A stretch of DNA of 63,832 bases, the filler included, from Reclinomonas americana ATCC 50394 (Eukaryota), in assembly GCA_048213135.1 (NCBI GenBank). It is 15 parts of 15 records of this genome, joined end to end, with 100 filler letters (N's around TTAATTAATTAA, not from the genome) between each part and the next. Parts side by side here need not be neighbours in the genome. Positions count along the whole stretch, not along the records: positions 5,908 to 9,641 come from AFZH01020944.1; positions 9,742 to 12,160 come from AFZH01020945.1; positions 12,261 to 14,341 come from AFZH01020946.1; positions 14,442 to 17,814 come from AFZH01020947.1; positions 17,915 to 24,494 come from AFZH01020948.1; 10 more parts are not named here. One strand, given 5' to 3'. The notes below the pieces were generated by a model. The model ran no database searches. It saw only the letters and a list, made by a program, of their open reading frames with translations, and was not told the DNA's origin. Each line of letters opens with the position of its first letter. Within the stretch, counting starts at the first letter, position 1. Of the stretch, positions 8,355 through 21,200 are shown one piece after another. The translations under genes were made by a program, and so were the position numbers.

Positions 8355-8739
8355 GTGAATGTGAGGTGAGCAGAGGTGCAGGCGGGTGCGGGGAACGACA
8401 ACACAACAGTAGAAGGAGATCAACACGTCGCACGATTGACTGGTACATACAATGCAAGTGGTGAACAACAACAACAACTGGCACATAGAGAGTACAGAGT
8501 GTGAAAGCAACAACACGCTTGCATGCACCCGTTCGCACGCTGCGTGGATAGAAGGGCATCAAGAGAAGACGCACTGCATACACAGAGACAAGGAGGAGGA
8601 GGAAGGAGGAGGAGGGAGAGGAAAAGGAGGAGAATATAGACCACCAGTGCAAGCTCAAGTGCACTGGATGCCGCACAACAGAGAGAGGATCCTCCACCGG
8701 GCGCGTTGCTGCGGAGAGCGCGCGGCGGAGGGCGACATA

Positions 8740-9641
8740 TCAGACGTCCTCAGTGGCCGGCGAGTCGAGAGTCGCCTTCTCCTGGTACGAGCCGCGGCTG
8801 CTCGGATCGCGAATCGAGGTCACCATGCTGCCGATCGTGGTGTGCCCGGTGATGTTGAGGGCAAACGCCTGGCTCACTTGGTGCGTGCTGCAGCACGAGC
8901 AAAAGAAGCCTGCGGAAGGAAGGACATGTGAGTGGGCGTTGGCAGGTCGGGGAGAACACACACATACAAACGCACCGCAGACGATGTCACCGCACGTCCC
9001 ATCGGTGCGCCAGAATCCGCCGTGCGGGCGCGGCGCCTGCGTGCAAATGACTATGATAAGCACCAACAGACAATGCAAAGGTCAAAAGCAACGCACCTGT
9101 CGCAGACGACGACGCTCGCTCACCGCGTAGCACGGCAGGAAGAACAGTCTGCGTACAGGAGGAACGGATAAGAATGCGAGGTCGCTTTCACAAACAACTA
9201 CAGCAGCAACTACGACAACGACGACGACCCACCCGCAGCACAAGCCTACAATCGCCCACGCAAGAGAGTGAGCACCACCACAGACAAAAAAACAACTGAC
9301 ATCACACAGCACACGCACCCTCCCAGAAACTCGACAGCGAGTTCGACGGGTTCGACAGCATTTTCTGCACCTCTGCACGCGTGACTCCACCAGCGCCACC
9401 GCCCGACATCTCCTCCACGGAGGGAAGCGCATCGAGAAGCACCTTGTTGGCCGCGGTCGTCAAACACGGCGCCAAGTAAGAGCGGACGCTGCACCACACA
9501 CAAGCGATACAGTCAGTCAGTCACCAATAGCAGACAGTCACTTGACTGCACCAACTCGCCAGTAGACATCCGAGGAGCACACCGAGGCGCCCACAAACGG
9601 ATCCTGCGCAGCGCGCACTGGTGCAGCATCACCACCATTGG
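8740..9641 (-). CDS. PLAC8-like cysteine-rich protein (5' end in gap; multi-exon)
   Basis: Exons give ...WCSVRSYLAPCLTTAAN... FLPCYAVSERRRLRQ... GTCGDIVCGFFCSCCSTHQVSQ, resembling the PLAC8 pattern CxDxxxxxFCxCCxxxQ; GT-AG introns. Confidence 0.55.
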
Positions 9642-9936
9642 NNNNNNNNNNNNNNNNNNNNNNNNNNNNNNNNNNNNNNNNNNNNTTAATTAATTAANNN
9701 NNNNNNNNNNNNNNNNNNNNNNNNNNNNNNNNNNNNNNNNNCTCTCTCTCTCTCTCTATCTATCTTCTTCTTCTTCTTCCCCTCCTCCTGCTCCTCCTCC
9801 TCCTTCTTCTCCTCCTCCTCCCTCTTCTTCTACTTCTCCTCCTCCTCCTCATCCTTCCCCCTCACTCCCTTTCACTCACACCTCCTCATCCTCCTCATCC
9901 TCCCCTCCCCTCCCTCCCCCATCCACTGCCCTCCAC

Positions 9937-12160
9937 AGTCGTCCTCCCCCTCTCGCGCGCCCTTCGCAACCGACTGGCCGGCCATCCCCCGCGGCAGACG
10001 CTCTTTGGGTGCGTCGTCTTCTTCCTCCTCCTATCCTTCCCCTTCTTCTGCCGCTTCTCTCATTTCTTCTTCAGCTCTTCTGCGACCGTGGAAGCAGCGT
10101 GTCGCGTACTGCATTCCGTTCGCACTGCTGCCGGCGAAGACGTTGAACAAGGTCTGTGGGATGTTCGTCTCTTCTTCGCTGCATTGCTGCAGAGGCGTGA
10201 CTCCTCTCTCTCCGTCAGCTGTCGCCACGAGTGTGCCACTGCTGCAGGCCCTGTGCAATGCCTGCGTGCAGCATGGAGACAACGCTCGCCTGGTGCTGCG
10301 CAGTGATGCAGTTCGTGGATTCATGCTGTTGCGTGCAGGAGGGGAGTGGGAAGAAACAGTTTGCCATCTCACTCGTCTCTTGCAAAAAGGCCGTATGCAC
10401 TGGCTTTCCCGTCCAAGACATCACTACGTGATGGTCTGGCGATGCTGCTATTCGAGTTTTGCCGCTCACTCACCGATGAAGAGAGGTGTGGGAGAGAGAG
10501 TGAGAGAGAAAGAAAGAAAGAGGGAAAAGAAGATGAGAACAAGGAGGAGGATTCGTCTCTCTTGACGTACTTCGTTTCTCCATGCCTCACTGGCTGTGGC
10601 CCTTTCGTTTTGTGTTTTCCCATTTGATTGCCTCTTTTCCTTCCCTGTTTTTCTCCCCTTTCCCTTCCCTTCGCCTCACCCTCGTATCTCCTCTTTGATT
10701 ACACTGACTCTTCGTTCCCATCCCTTCCGTTTTTTGCAGATCACACCTCTCCGCCTCCGACGCCGACATTACCGGCCGCATACTGGCCTTCCTCATGGAC
10801 GCCGATCTGCGCCAGACCGCCTCCTCACACTCCACCAACTGGCTGTTGCGTTTTTTGTATGCCGACTCGTCCCATATTTGACCCCACGCTCACCTGCGAT
10901 TGCAGAGAACTCGCCTTCGACATGCTGCTCCCACACACGGGCGTCTTCGGTCTGCTTCGACTGACGATGGGCGACTCGCCACCCGATCGTGACAAAATGC
11001 GTCGGTTTGTGTACTCCTCTCACCTCTCTTCCCGTCACATTCCCCTGACCTTTCCCCCGCCAGCTTGCTGCTCTCCGCGTGCTTCCTGCTCGACTCGTTT
11101 GCGGTGACGTCCACGGAAAAGTGGCGACGGCAAGCCAATTCGCCACTCGAGGAGGAAGAGGCAGAGGAGGAGGGCGAAGCAGGTGACGGCGACGCCAGTG
11201 AGGCCGTTCGTCGTGCATTTGCCACCGCCACCCGTCGCCTATCGTCCACCACCGACTGGTACGAGAGGTTCGCCACGCCCGCCGATCGTTCCGCTTGGCA
11301 TCACGCGTCGCTCTTTTCGTGTGAAGTGGTGGTGCACGCGTCGCTGGCACTCGCCGCCACTCTCGGCGGTCGCGACTGGGCCGCCTCGCAGGCAGCACCA
11401 TCACCTGCACCTCCTCCTCCTCCTTCACCGTCACCACCACTTGCGGATGAAGGCGGTGCAGAGGTCGAAAGCGACGTGCGTGCACATGTGCGTGTCGTGG
11501 CGGGCGAGTTTGACGCCGAGTTGCTGGCCGAGTCTCTGGAGGCTCTTGGCGCCTTCTCCTCGCACCGAAGTGACGAATTCTCGACGGCTTTCATGCAGTG
11601 CGACGTGACGAGTGCGCTTGTCGGTATGCTCACACTGTTTCGCGCGTGCAAGCCTACTCGTTCCGTCGCTCATCACCCTCCCCCCACGCAGTGGCACTAC
11701 ATGCGATCTTCCTCCGCGACGATCGTGCCGACGAAATCCTATTGTCGGGCACCAAGACCGCCATGCTGCGCGTGCTCGCCAATGCCTCGTTCGAGTGTCG
11801 CGTGGTGCAAGACAGAGTTGCGGGAAGCACACAGAGGAGAAGAGGAGGGAAGAAAAGGTCCTCACATCATAGTGCCACACAGCTGCGCGACGTCAACGGC
11901 ATCGGCATGATCCTCAATCACTGCAAGCTGGATGACAAGCATCCACGTTGCGTTGTGTGGAGGCTCTATCACCTGCCGTCCATGTTTTGGGGTCTCATCC
12001 TCAGTCATTGCAGTGGCCCGCGAATGGGGCCTCTTTGCCATTCGCAATCTCAGTCTCGACAACGACGCCAATCAGGCGTACTTGCATTCGCTGCGACCGC
12101 AGGGAGTCGCACAACCAGAGGGTCTGGCAGAGCTGGGTCTGGAGGCTGTGATTGACGAGG
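9937..12160 (+). CDS. ATXN10: Ataxin-10 homolog (both ends in gaps)
   Basis: Spliced C-terminus MLRVLANASFECRVVQDRLRDVNGIGMILNHCKLDDKHPLAREWGLFAIRNLSLDNDANQAYLHSLRPQG is the Ataxin-10 signature. Confidence 0.88.
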
Positions 12161-12308
12161 NNNNNNNNNNNNNNNNNNNNNNNNNNNNNNNNNNNNNNNN
12201 NNNNTTAATTAATTAANNNNNNNNNNNNNNNNNNNNNNNNNNNNNNNNNNNNNNNNNNNNAATAAATCAGTCGCCTCCCTTCCATAACGCTTTCTCTCCA
12301 CCAAACAC

Positions 12309-14441
12309 ACCTTCTTCAACTCCTTCAGACGCCTCTTGCGCTCTTTCTTCTCCTCCTTGGTTTCGTCGGGTCTCCGCTGCGATAGCTCGTGCAGCTCGGC
12401 AGCGCGCGCCTGTCGTGCAGCCTCATCCTCGTCCATGTCGTCGCTGGCGGCATCGTCGTCATCGTCATCGTCACTCCCCGCAGCCTTCTTCTTTCTGTCG
12501 CCCTTCTTGCCCTTTCCACTCGCCGGCTCGTCCTCCACAACGGCGATTCCACGCGGTCCGATTTTGATTTGCTTCCGCGCGCGCCGCGACGGTGGCCCTG
12601 CAACCACGGTCGGGTGATTCTCCGTGTTGGTGGCGGCACTCGTGGCCGACTGAATGTCCCAAGGCTCGTCCGGTTTCTCGTGCACCTCCACGTACTCGAA
12701 TCGATCACCCGCAGCCAGTTGTGTCTGACGCACGCAGCACATTAGGCATCAAACACTCACACGCCACAGCACGCCGTAAGGGAGAGCAGACCTGCATCAC
12801 AGTGATTACTCGCGACACCTCATCCTCGCTCAGCTTCATCGCCTCGCCCTCTGTCCGCTGCGCCGACTCGGCAATCGGGGCGCAAAGATGCTTCAACTCG
12901 TCGGCATACTGCTCAATGAACTCGTCGATCACATCGCCAAACTCGTCAATCGACTGAGGACCCAGGACACGCGGATCGTCGCCCGACAACTCTCCACACT
13001 CTTCGTCCTCGTAGTCCTCAAACGCCTTTGCATATGACATCGTGCAATGAGCTCCAAAGCAGCCAGTGCCCTCATGATCATCATCATCATTCTCACCTTG
13101 TCGAAGCGATCATCCAGCAACTGCAAATCCTCGGTACGCACCGTGGAAAACGATGTCCTCCAATCGTCGTCGAGATCAACCATTCGTCGTGCACCCTTGC
13201 CACTCTTGTTCGACTTGACGGTGCCGCCCGACACGGTGGAGTAGCGGTCGGCCTCCTCGAAGCGCACCAAGCGTGTGGACCGCGCCGCCTTTTTCTTGTT
13301 GCCAGCAATCAGCTCGCAGTCCTCGTCGCGCTCCACCACACCACCGGCCAGTTGCACAAAGTCGTCGGCGATGCCTGGTACGGAAGATGGAGGAGGAGGA
13401 AGAGAATAGTGAGATCGAAGCGATGAGATGAATCAAGTGCCTGTGTGCAAGCTGTATTACGGGCGCGCATTCCTCATCTGATCACTTCCCATTCAACTGC
13501 TCTCTCTCTTTCACAGAGAGAGAGAGAGAGAAAGAAAGAGAGAGAATGCCTCACCACCAAATTCCCCCTCTCCACTCCTTTCGCTGCTCTCTCACTCTCT
13601 CTCTCTCATACACACACACCCTAACACGCAGACAGAATGCCTCCAGCGACTTCATCACTCCCTCTATTTCACCTGCTCTCTCTCTCTCACACGCACACGC
13701 GCTCATTCTCACCACTCACTTCCCCCTGTCCACTCTTTTCACCTTCTCTCACACACACTCTCATCCTTTTCCCGGAGAGCGAAACAGAATGCCACAGCGA
13801 CCTCTCACTCCTGCGTCTCTCCCATCTCTCCGCCTGCTCTCACAGACGAGCTCCCTTGTCCACATAGTCAAATCAGATGCCCCGACACCTCATCACGCCC
13901 CCTTCTCTCTCCGCCCTCTTCGCCTGCTCATGCACACCGTAATCGTCCTCTGCAGAAAGTCAAACAGAATGCCCCAACACCTCTGTCCTCTTTCTTTCTC
14001 CACCCTCTCCGCCTGCAAACATACACACACTCCCAGAAAGAATAGAATGTCTCATCACTCCATCTCCGCCCCTTTCGCCGACTCTCTCACACAGGCTTCC
14101 TCTTGCTCCATACATACCCAACAGAGCGTCTCGTACCCTTTTTCATCCCATCACCCACGGCCTAGTGATCTCTCTCTCTCTCTCCTTCTCCGTTTCTTTC
14201 TCTCCTCTCCTGCCTCTTTTCACTCCCTCTTCTCCCTCTTCTCCCTCTTCTCCCTCTTCTCCCTCTTCCCTTGCCATCCCTCCTCCCTTCTCCCTTCCCC
14301 CCCATTCACCTTCATCATCATCATCACTCCCCAGTCCCACTNNNNNNNNNNNNNNNNNNNNNNNNNNNNNNNNNNNNNNNNNNNNTTAATTAATTAANNN
14401 NNNNNNNNNNNNNNNNNNNNNNNNNNNNNNNNNNNNNNNNN

Positions 14442-14474
<33 letters not shown>

Positions 14475-14902
14475 GAAGAACGCACCCTGATTCGACCTCC
14501 TCTTCCACTTTGCGCTTCGGCTTCTTCGCTGCTGCCTGTGCAGTGGTTGTTGTGGTAGTTGTGCTGGTGATCTCTGAGGGATCCGCAAAGGGATTCGGGC
14601 GCTGCAAAGTGTCTCGTCGGCCATGTGCACATTCACATGCACAGACCTCACACACACACAACAAGCGACAAACAAACCGAGTCATCGCCATCGACGGGCA
14701 CAAACACGCGGTCGCTGATCTCTCCCTCACGGTAGCCGCGGCTGACCAGCACAAAGGTGCGGCTGTTCTTCTTCTTCTTCTTCCATCCACTGCTCTTGAC
14801 TGGTGGCGCTGCTGCACTGGCGGCAGAGGCGGATTGTGAAGGTCCGCCTTCGCTGTGTGTGGTGGCGATCACTACAGGAGTCGTCGTCTGTGCGCCGTCC
14901 AT
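12309..14902 (-). CDS. LTV1: LTV1 40S ribosome biogenesis factor (spans a gap; 3' end in gap)
   Basis: N-terminal KKKKKNSRTFVLVSR..DRVFVPV; DDFVQLA; RTEDLQLLDDRFDK..YEDEECGEL; WDIQSATSAATNTENHP; RRPDETKEEKKERKRRLKELKK. Confidence 0.8.
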
Positions 14903-14955
14903 TCTTGGCTTCTCTCGTTTTGTCCGTCGACGTCGACGTCTTTCTACCACGAAGT

Positions 14956-16593
14956 TTACTTTGATCGCTTTCTATTGTCCACGGGCGTGGACGACGACGA
15001 TGCGTCCTTGGAGTGCACGCGGTGCAGGCCGACGGTGATGCCGCCGAGGACCAGCATCGAGGCGACGGCGAAGCCGAGGGTGAATGGCTTGGGGAAGGTC
15101 AGGAAGGAGATGACGACGCTCAGCGCCTTGCGCGTCGTCGTCACCAACTCCGAGTGGAAGATGCCAAACGAGGCAATGATTCGTAGCACCAGGTCCGAGC
15201 CGGCCGTGCGCAAAAATGAAAACGCCTGCCAACACCGTCATTTTTCGTGAGGAAACGGAGGTTTGGAGGGAAGGCAGAGCGACCAGGCGACGCAACGACC
15301 AGCAGCAAAATGTACCACGGATTCTCCATCATGTACCCGAACGACGACCACAGCTGGCCCGTGAACAGCGACATGACAAACATTTGCAGCGCCGAGAACA
15401 CAAACAGGCGGAAGAGCTGCGGGCAGCAGGGGTGATGAGGCATGAAAGCGAGTGTTGTGGAGGAGATAAGAGGAGGCAACAGTACCAGCTCATCCACCGG
15501 CATCTTGTGGTTCTGCAGCAGCACCTCTTGCACGTTCGGGTAGACGGCGTCGCACACCAGCGAGATCAACAGCATGCCCATTCCTGCAAACGCGATATTG
15601 ATGTGAGAAAACAAGTGTTCGAGCGCACGTCAACTCGGGATACCGCAACACACCGAGGTACGAGAACGACAAGGACGTCTTGGCCATGTCGACAAACAGC
15701 AGCACGAGACCGACCACCATCAGCACGCCAGAGACCACTTCGGGCATCGAGAAGCGTCGACCTCGCACAAAAAACCCAAACGATAATACCGCCACAAATT
15801 TGCAGCTCTTCACCACCGTCTGCGCCCGCCCACCAGCAGTGAACAACGGGTGGGGACGCAACGAAGCAAAAGAGAGAGAAACGAACCGAAGTGGCTTGAT
15901 TCACATACGCCAGCGCCTGACTTGTCAGCGCCCTCGCAAACGACGTACATATGCTGGTGATGGCACACATGCCGACCTTGCGCGTTCTGCGTTCGTGGCG
16001 GGTGAGCACGCTCACGCAACAAGAGAAGCGCACCCCTACTACTCCACCCACGCAACAGCCACGGTTGCCGAATGTAGACGCCTCTTGTGCGCGCGCCGAG
16101 AAAGCACGCCATGAGGAGGGAATCAAAAAACGTAATGAAAAAGCCGCAGTGCTTCTGATTCAGCGTCACGGCAATGTACTCCTGCGCAAAGGACTAAGCA
16201 TGCAGCGATCGCACGCAAAACGACCACGTGCACGCAAACCTGAATGTACGACACCAACAAGTGCGACGCCCACACGCCAAACGTGAGGGCGGCGTATCGC
16301 GCAAACGTCTTGGCGCCCGCCGCTCCACTCCCATTGCTGTTCTCATGCAACGGCAACAACGTGCTCGTCTCCTTCTCATCGTCCACCAGCTTCACCGCCA
16401 TACCCGTGGGCGTCGTCACACCACTGCCACTCATCAACGTCGGCGACAACAGCGACGCCGAGCGATGCATAATGGTCTCCGCCGTGACTGTGTCCTTCCC
16501 ATGCCCACTACTCCTCATCTCGCTGTCGATCGACACTGGCAGAGGTGACTCGCCACCGCCACCACCACCACCTGCTCTTCTGCTGCTGACCAT
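14956..16593 (-). CDS. UAA-family nucleotide-sugar/PAPS transporter (SLC35B-like); start may lie further upstream
   Basis: ALAYVNQATSTVVKSCK, LVCDAVYPNVQE and LVTTTRKALSVVISFLTFPKPFT motifs across GT-AG exons; multiple TM segments. Confidence 0.85.
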
Positions 16594-18082
16594 CAGACCA
16601 ACAAAGATCAACTGACACACACTCACACCAAGCACGCAACTCCCAGCGACGCTGTTGTTGTTGTTGTTGGCGCGTGGACGAGGAGGCAACAGATGATGAC
16701 AGTGATGACGCGGCAGACAACTTGACAGGAGAATCCTTGAGGAGATAGTGACTGGGCGCGCGAACGGATTGCGCGCCAACACCATGGTGGTGGTACTGTT
16801 GGAGAGTGGATTCGATCAGGCTCGACGCTGGTGATGATGATGACGAGGATGATGATGATGATGAAGAGGAGGAGGAGAAGGATGATGATGAGGAGGCAGC
16901 GGGGGCAGAGAAGGCGAGCAGCGCAGTGTCGTCGCGATGATGCGCGCCAACTGCCGCAGCCGTCAGCATGACGTGTGTGCGTGCGTGACAGCAGGCAGTG
17001 AGGGGCGCAAGTGTGGAGAGAGTGGGGGAGAGAGTGGGAGAGAGAGAGACACTGCGCGTCACACACGCAAGATGAAGGATTCGAATCAATCCACCGTTTC
17101 GATTTTCTCGACAACCACATCAAAAATCTGCATTTTCCGGCTCGACGTCGAGGTTGCCGGCGGGTTCGCATGTGGATAGAGGGCATCGACTTCATAGGTG
17201 GTGCAGCAAGGTAAACTGGCCTGGGAAACGTATGGGGAATTCGAATTCGTGTTGAGGAGCTGAAAGACGGATCCGGATTCGAAGTCGCGAATGCAGGACC
17301 GTCTCCTTGATTCAACGAGGAAAGGCAAGTTCTTTGAGCTGAGGTACTCGCTCGCTATCATGATCGAAACACCGCAGTCTCTGATCGTTTGCGAATTCTA
17401 GCTTGCATCGATGCACTTGCACCAACATGCTGGCCGTTGCATCAGGATTCGAGTCGTACACGCTGAGGAAGCGGAGGCGAGCTGCCCTGGCCGGGTCCGG
17501 ACCGCTACCGTGTCTCTAATTGCGACCCGGCTGCGGCACGTGCACCGGCACCACAAAATCGACGTCGCAGCTCATTCTCCAGCCGCTGAATTCCAAAAGC
17601 CCACTTCTGCAACGCGCCCAGACAAGCGCACTCGCACCCACAACTCCTCTGCTTCCCGTAGCGAGGCACGACATTCCCCTTTTGATTGCAGTCTCCGACC
17701 AATGCATCAAATGTCCTCCGACAAAGCACACACACACTACACCGACACAAGCGACGGACGCACACAAGACCTCACCTGCCACTGCCGTCATGGCCGACGC
17801 GCCACAGCAAGAAGNNNNNNNNNNNNNNNNNNNNNNNNNNNNNNNNNNNNNNNNNNNNTTAATTAATTAANNNNNNNNNNNNNNNNNNNNNNNNNNNNNN
17901 NNNNNNNNNNNNNNATGAGTGAGTGAGTGAGTGTGTGAGTGTGTGTGTGTGAGTGAGTGAGTGAGTGAGTAAGTGTGTGAGTGTGAGTGAGAGAGAGAGA
18001 GTGTGTGTGAGAGAGAGAGAGTGTGTGTAAGTGAGTCAGAGAGTGATTGTGTGTGTGTGAGAGATAGAGAGTGTGTGTGTGT

Positions 18083-18115
<33 letters not shown>

Positions 18116-18268
18116 TGATTGCGGTGTGTGTACGTGAGTGTGTGTGTGTGAGAAAGAGCGTATGTTACGCGCTCTCTGATGTGTCTCTGTTCTCTGTGTG
18201 TGGGCGAGAACGAGCCGTGTGGCATACCGCTTGGATTGAGTGACAATCACTCAATCGCTCGCTCGCAG

Positions 18269-21200
18269 GTTCCGCGGTCATGTTGCTGGCCAGTGCATCA
18301 GCCGATAAGACGGTGAGGTTATGGCGAGCGGCGACGGCTGAGGAGACTGAAGACCAGAGCACGGAAGGCGAAGGCACGGTGAACTGGGTGTCGCACGCCA
18401 TTCTGTCAGATCCACATACCGCCGCGGTGAGCAGCGCCACTTCTCCTTCCGCCTACCCTCCTCTCTCTCCCTCACTCTCCCTTCTCCTCTCCGTCAGGTA
18501 ACATCCGTGGCATGGGTCGACGAACGCCGCCTGGTCACCGGCTGCCGCGACTGCGTGGCTCGTCTGTGGGACGTGGAGACGGGTCAGTGCACTCTCGAGT
18601 TGAATTCGTCGTCGCACGGTGGCGGCGACATGCCGCACAACAAGCCCATCTGGGGCGTCAGTGCCACGTCGGTGGCCGGTGGCCTCGCCGCCACCGCGTC
18701 GTGGGACAAGACGGCCAAGGTGTGGAGTCTGCGCTCCGGGCACTGCATCAGCACACTGCGCGGGCACACCGAGAGCCTCTCGCGTGTGGCGTTTTCGCAC
18801 TCGCGGCGGCCCATGATTGCCACGGCCAGTGGCGATCGTACGGTGCGCGTGTGGAGCATCGATGGCCGCTGTGTGCATGTGTTGGAGGGCCATCAGCGGC
18901 TCGTCACCGGTGTGTCGTGGTGCGGTGTCGGCGAGTCCACGCTCTTCTCCTCCAGCGGCGACGGCACCATTCGTGTGTGGGACGCCTCGCGTGGCGAATG
19001 CAAGCGAGTGATTGAGGCGGCGCATTTGCGTGACGAGAGCACCGGTGTGGCGGCCACGAATGCCGACTGCGGCGTCGTGCTGTCGTGCGGTGCCGATCGT
19101 ACAGTGCGAGCGTGGGGGCTGCATGCTTCCAGCGCCGAGAGCGAGGCTCAGCTGGATGCCAGTGAGCTGCTGGTGGGTGCGGTGCACGATCCGCAGGGCG
19201 AGCGTCTGTGGGCGGTGGCGTGGTGCGAGGGTGGCGAGCGCGACTCGGCCGTCAATGTTCCGCGGTTGTTTGCGTCGGCCTCGGCCGACTCGATTGTGCG
19301 TGTTTATTCGGGCCAGTGGGCTGGTGAGTTGGTCATCTGTCTCTTTCTCTCTCTCTCGCCTTCTCTCGCCCACCCACCCGTTGTTGATGCACACATACAG
19401 GAACGCTGAGATTACCGACGCCAGCACCGATCCTGCGACCCATCGACCCGTGGAATCCGTTTTCACCAGGTGAGTCGGAACAGAACATGTTCCGCGACTT
19501 CCACGTGAAAAATGCTCACAACACGGTTCCACAGGCACCACAGTCAGCATGGCTGCGCTGCCGGCACACGTACTGCCCGTTTTTGATTCAATGAGAAGGG
19601 CATCGGAGCCGATGGTGCTGACGGCGCCAAATCCGGGCGCCGCCGCTGCCGCGCTGCAGGCCGCTCGCAAGCCTGCCAGTTGAGTCTCCCATGTTGCTTC
19701 AGGGCACTGCGTCCTCGCTTACTCACGTCGTGCAGAGTTGGAACCCGTGCATCGCTCGTTGCTGGAAGGTGTGCGGTTGTTGCCATCGATAAACTGTCTT
19801 TCCCTTCCCTGGTGCTCACTCGCACGCAGCCACCGAAGCCGCCCTGTCGCCTCGCAGTTTTGCCGATATCTCCTCAGGTGAGGCGAGTCGCTTCTCCTGC
19901 CTCTGGTTTCTTGTGCTCATCGTGTGCGTCTCGTGTCGCAGAATTTGCGCCACCTTCCGAAGGTTGGTGAAATCGAGCGTTCTTTGCACTCGCTCTTCAG
20001 TGCTGACTTGCGTGGTGTGTGTTCACAGTGTTGTCAGAAGCCGGCAGTGAGTCGCCTTCGGGTTCGTCTTCACACGATATATCTGCTCTTTCACCCGTCC
20101 TTCCTCTTGCCTGACACGCGCATTGTCATGTGCGCAGATCCAACTCGCTCTCCGCGGTTCATCACTCGCGACAGTACTGGTGAGTGTGATTGCGTCTCTT
20201 GTTGCTGTTGATCACGGCGGCTCACTTTCTGTCATTCTGCAGGTGCAACATCGAGACCAGGGAGTGCGTGGTGTCATTCGTCACTCTACAACATCCTGGC
20301 ACACATGCTGACGCTGTGAACCTGCAGGTGCTCGCATCATTGCCAGACCACCACCTCCGCCCTCTTCAGCCGGGCAGCCTCGTCCTGTGCCAACTCCGTC
20401 TCCCGACAGTGCTCTCCTTGGTGCGTCTGTGTCTCCGTTCCCTGTCGTTATGCATCAGACTCATCGTCCTCTGCGATCAGCTTCACCACCCCGCGATGCA
20501 CCCACCGTCGATGCACAAGGTCTACATATGGTCGACTGCTTGCGCTGCACATTTCAGTGACTCACAGACCTCGGTGTGAACAGGAGATCGCTTGTCACTG
20601 TCTCAACTACCGCCTCTCGGTTGGTGTCGGTGTCGCAGTGCATGTGTGTGTGTGTTTCATCGCTCACATCATTGTCTGCACAGATGCACGAAAGCAAGAA
20701 GCATCGCCAACCGCAGTGTCACCGCCTGTCGCCACCTCTGGTCCGTGTGCCCCGCGATCCCCTGCTAGTCGTGTTCCTTTGTTCTGAGTGCCACTCTGTG
20801 CAGTCGATTCACCCGCCCTGGAGTCCAGCACGGGTGCACTGCCACCTGTGCCGTCAGGTCAGTTTCGATCCTTGGCTCCACTCTTTTTATGTACTCGACT
20901 TGTTGTTGACTCCTCTCGTACAGAAGCCATTGGCACACCGGCTGCTGACACGCAGGCGCGCGGATCAGGAAGATTCCGACCACCAGGTCTGTGTGTGGAG
21001 GGCCATGTGTGTGTTTGTCGACTGCTCAACTCACTGGCATTCATTCTGTCGACAGTGCCGCCTCCACGCAACTCGGGAACATTTTCACCCGCATCACCTC
21101 GTTCTTCAGGTCTGCAGCACATGCCACATGTATGTCTGTATGTTGGTGGAGAGGCAAAGTCAGTGACGTGTGATTTTGTATGGATGCAGACGAGGCACTG

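Noticed and set aside
17086..17814. Possible gene between the transporter and the gap
   Set aside because: Short ORFs and a donor-like site exist, but I could not build a consistent exon chain or recognise a domain
18453..19670. Long antisense ORFs (here, and 39659-40699, 25597-26130)
   Set aside because: Shadows of GC-rich coding exons on the opposite strand (WD40, MMAA, Fic)
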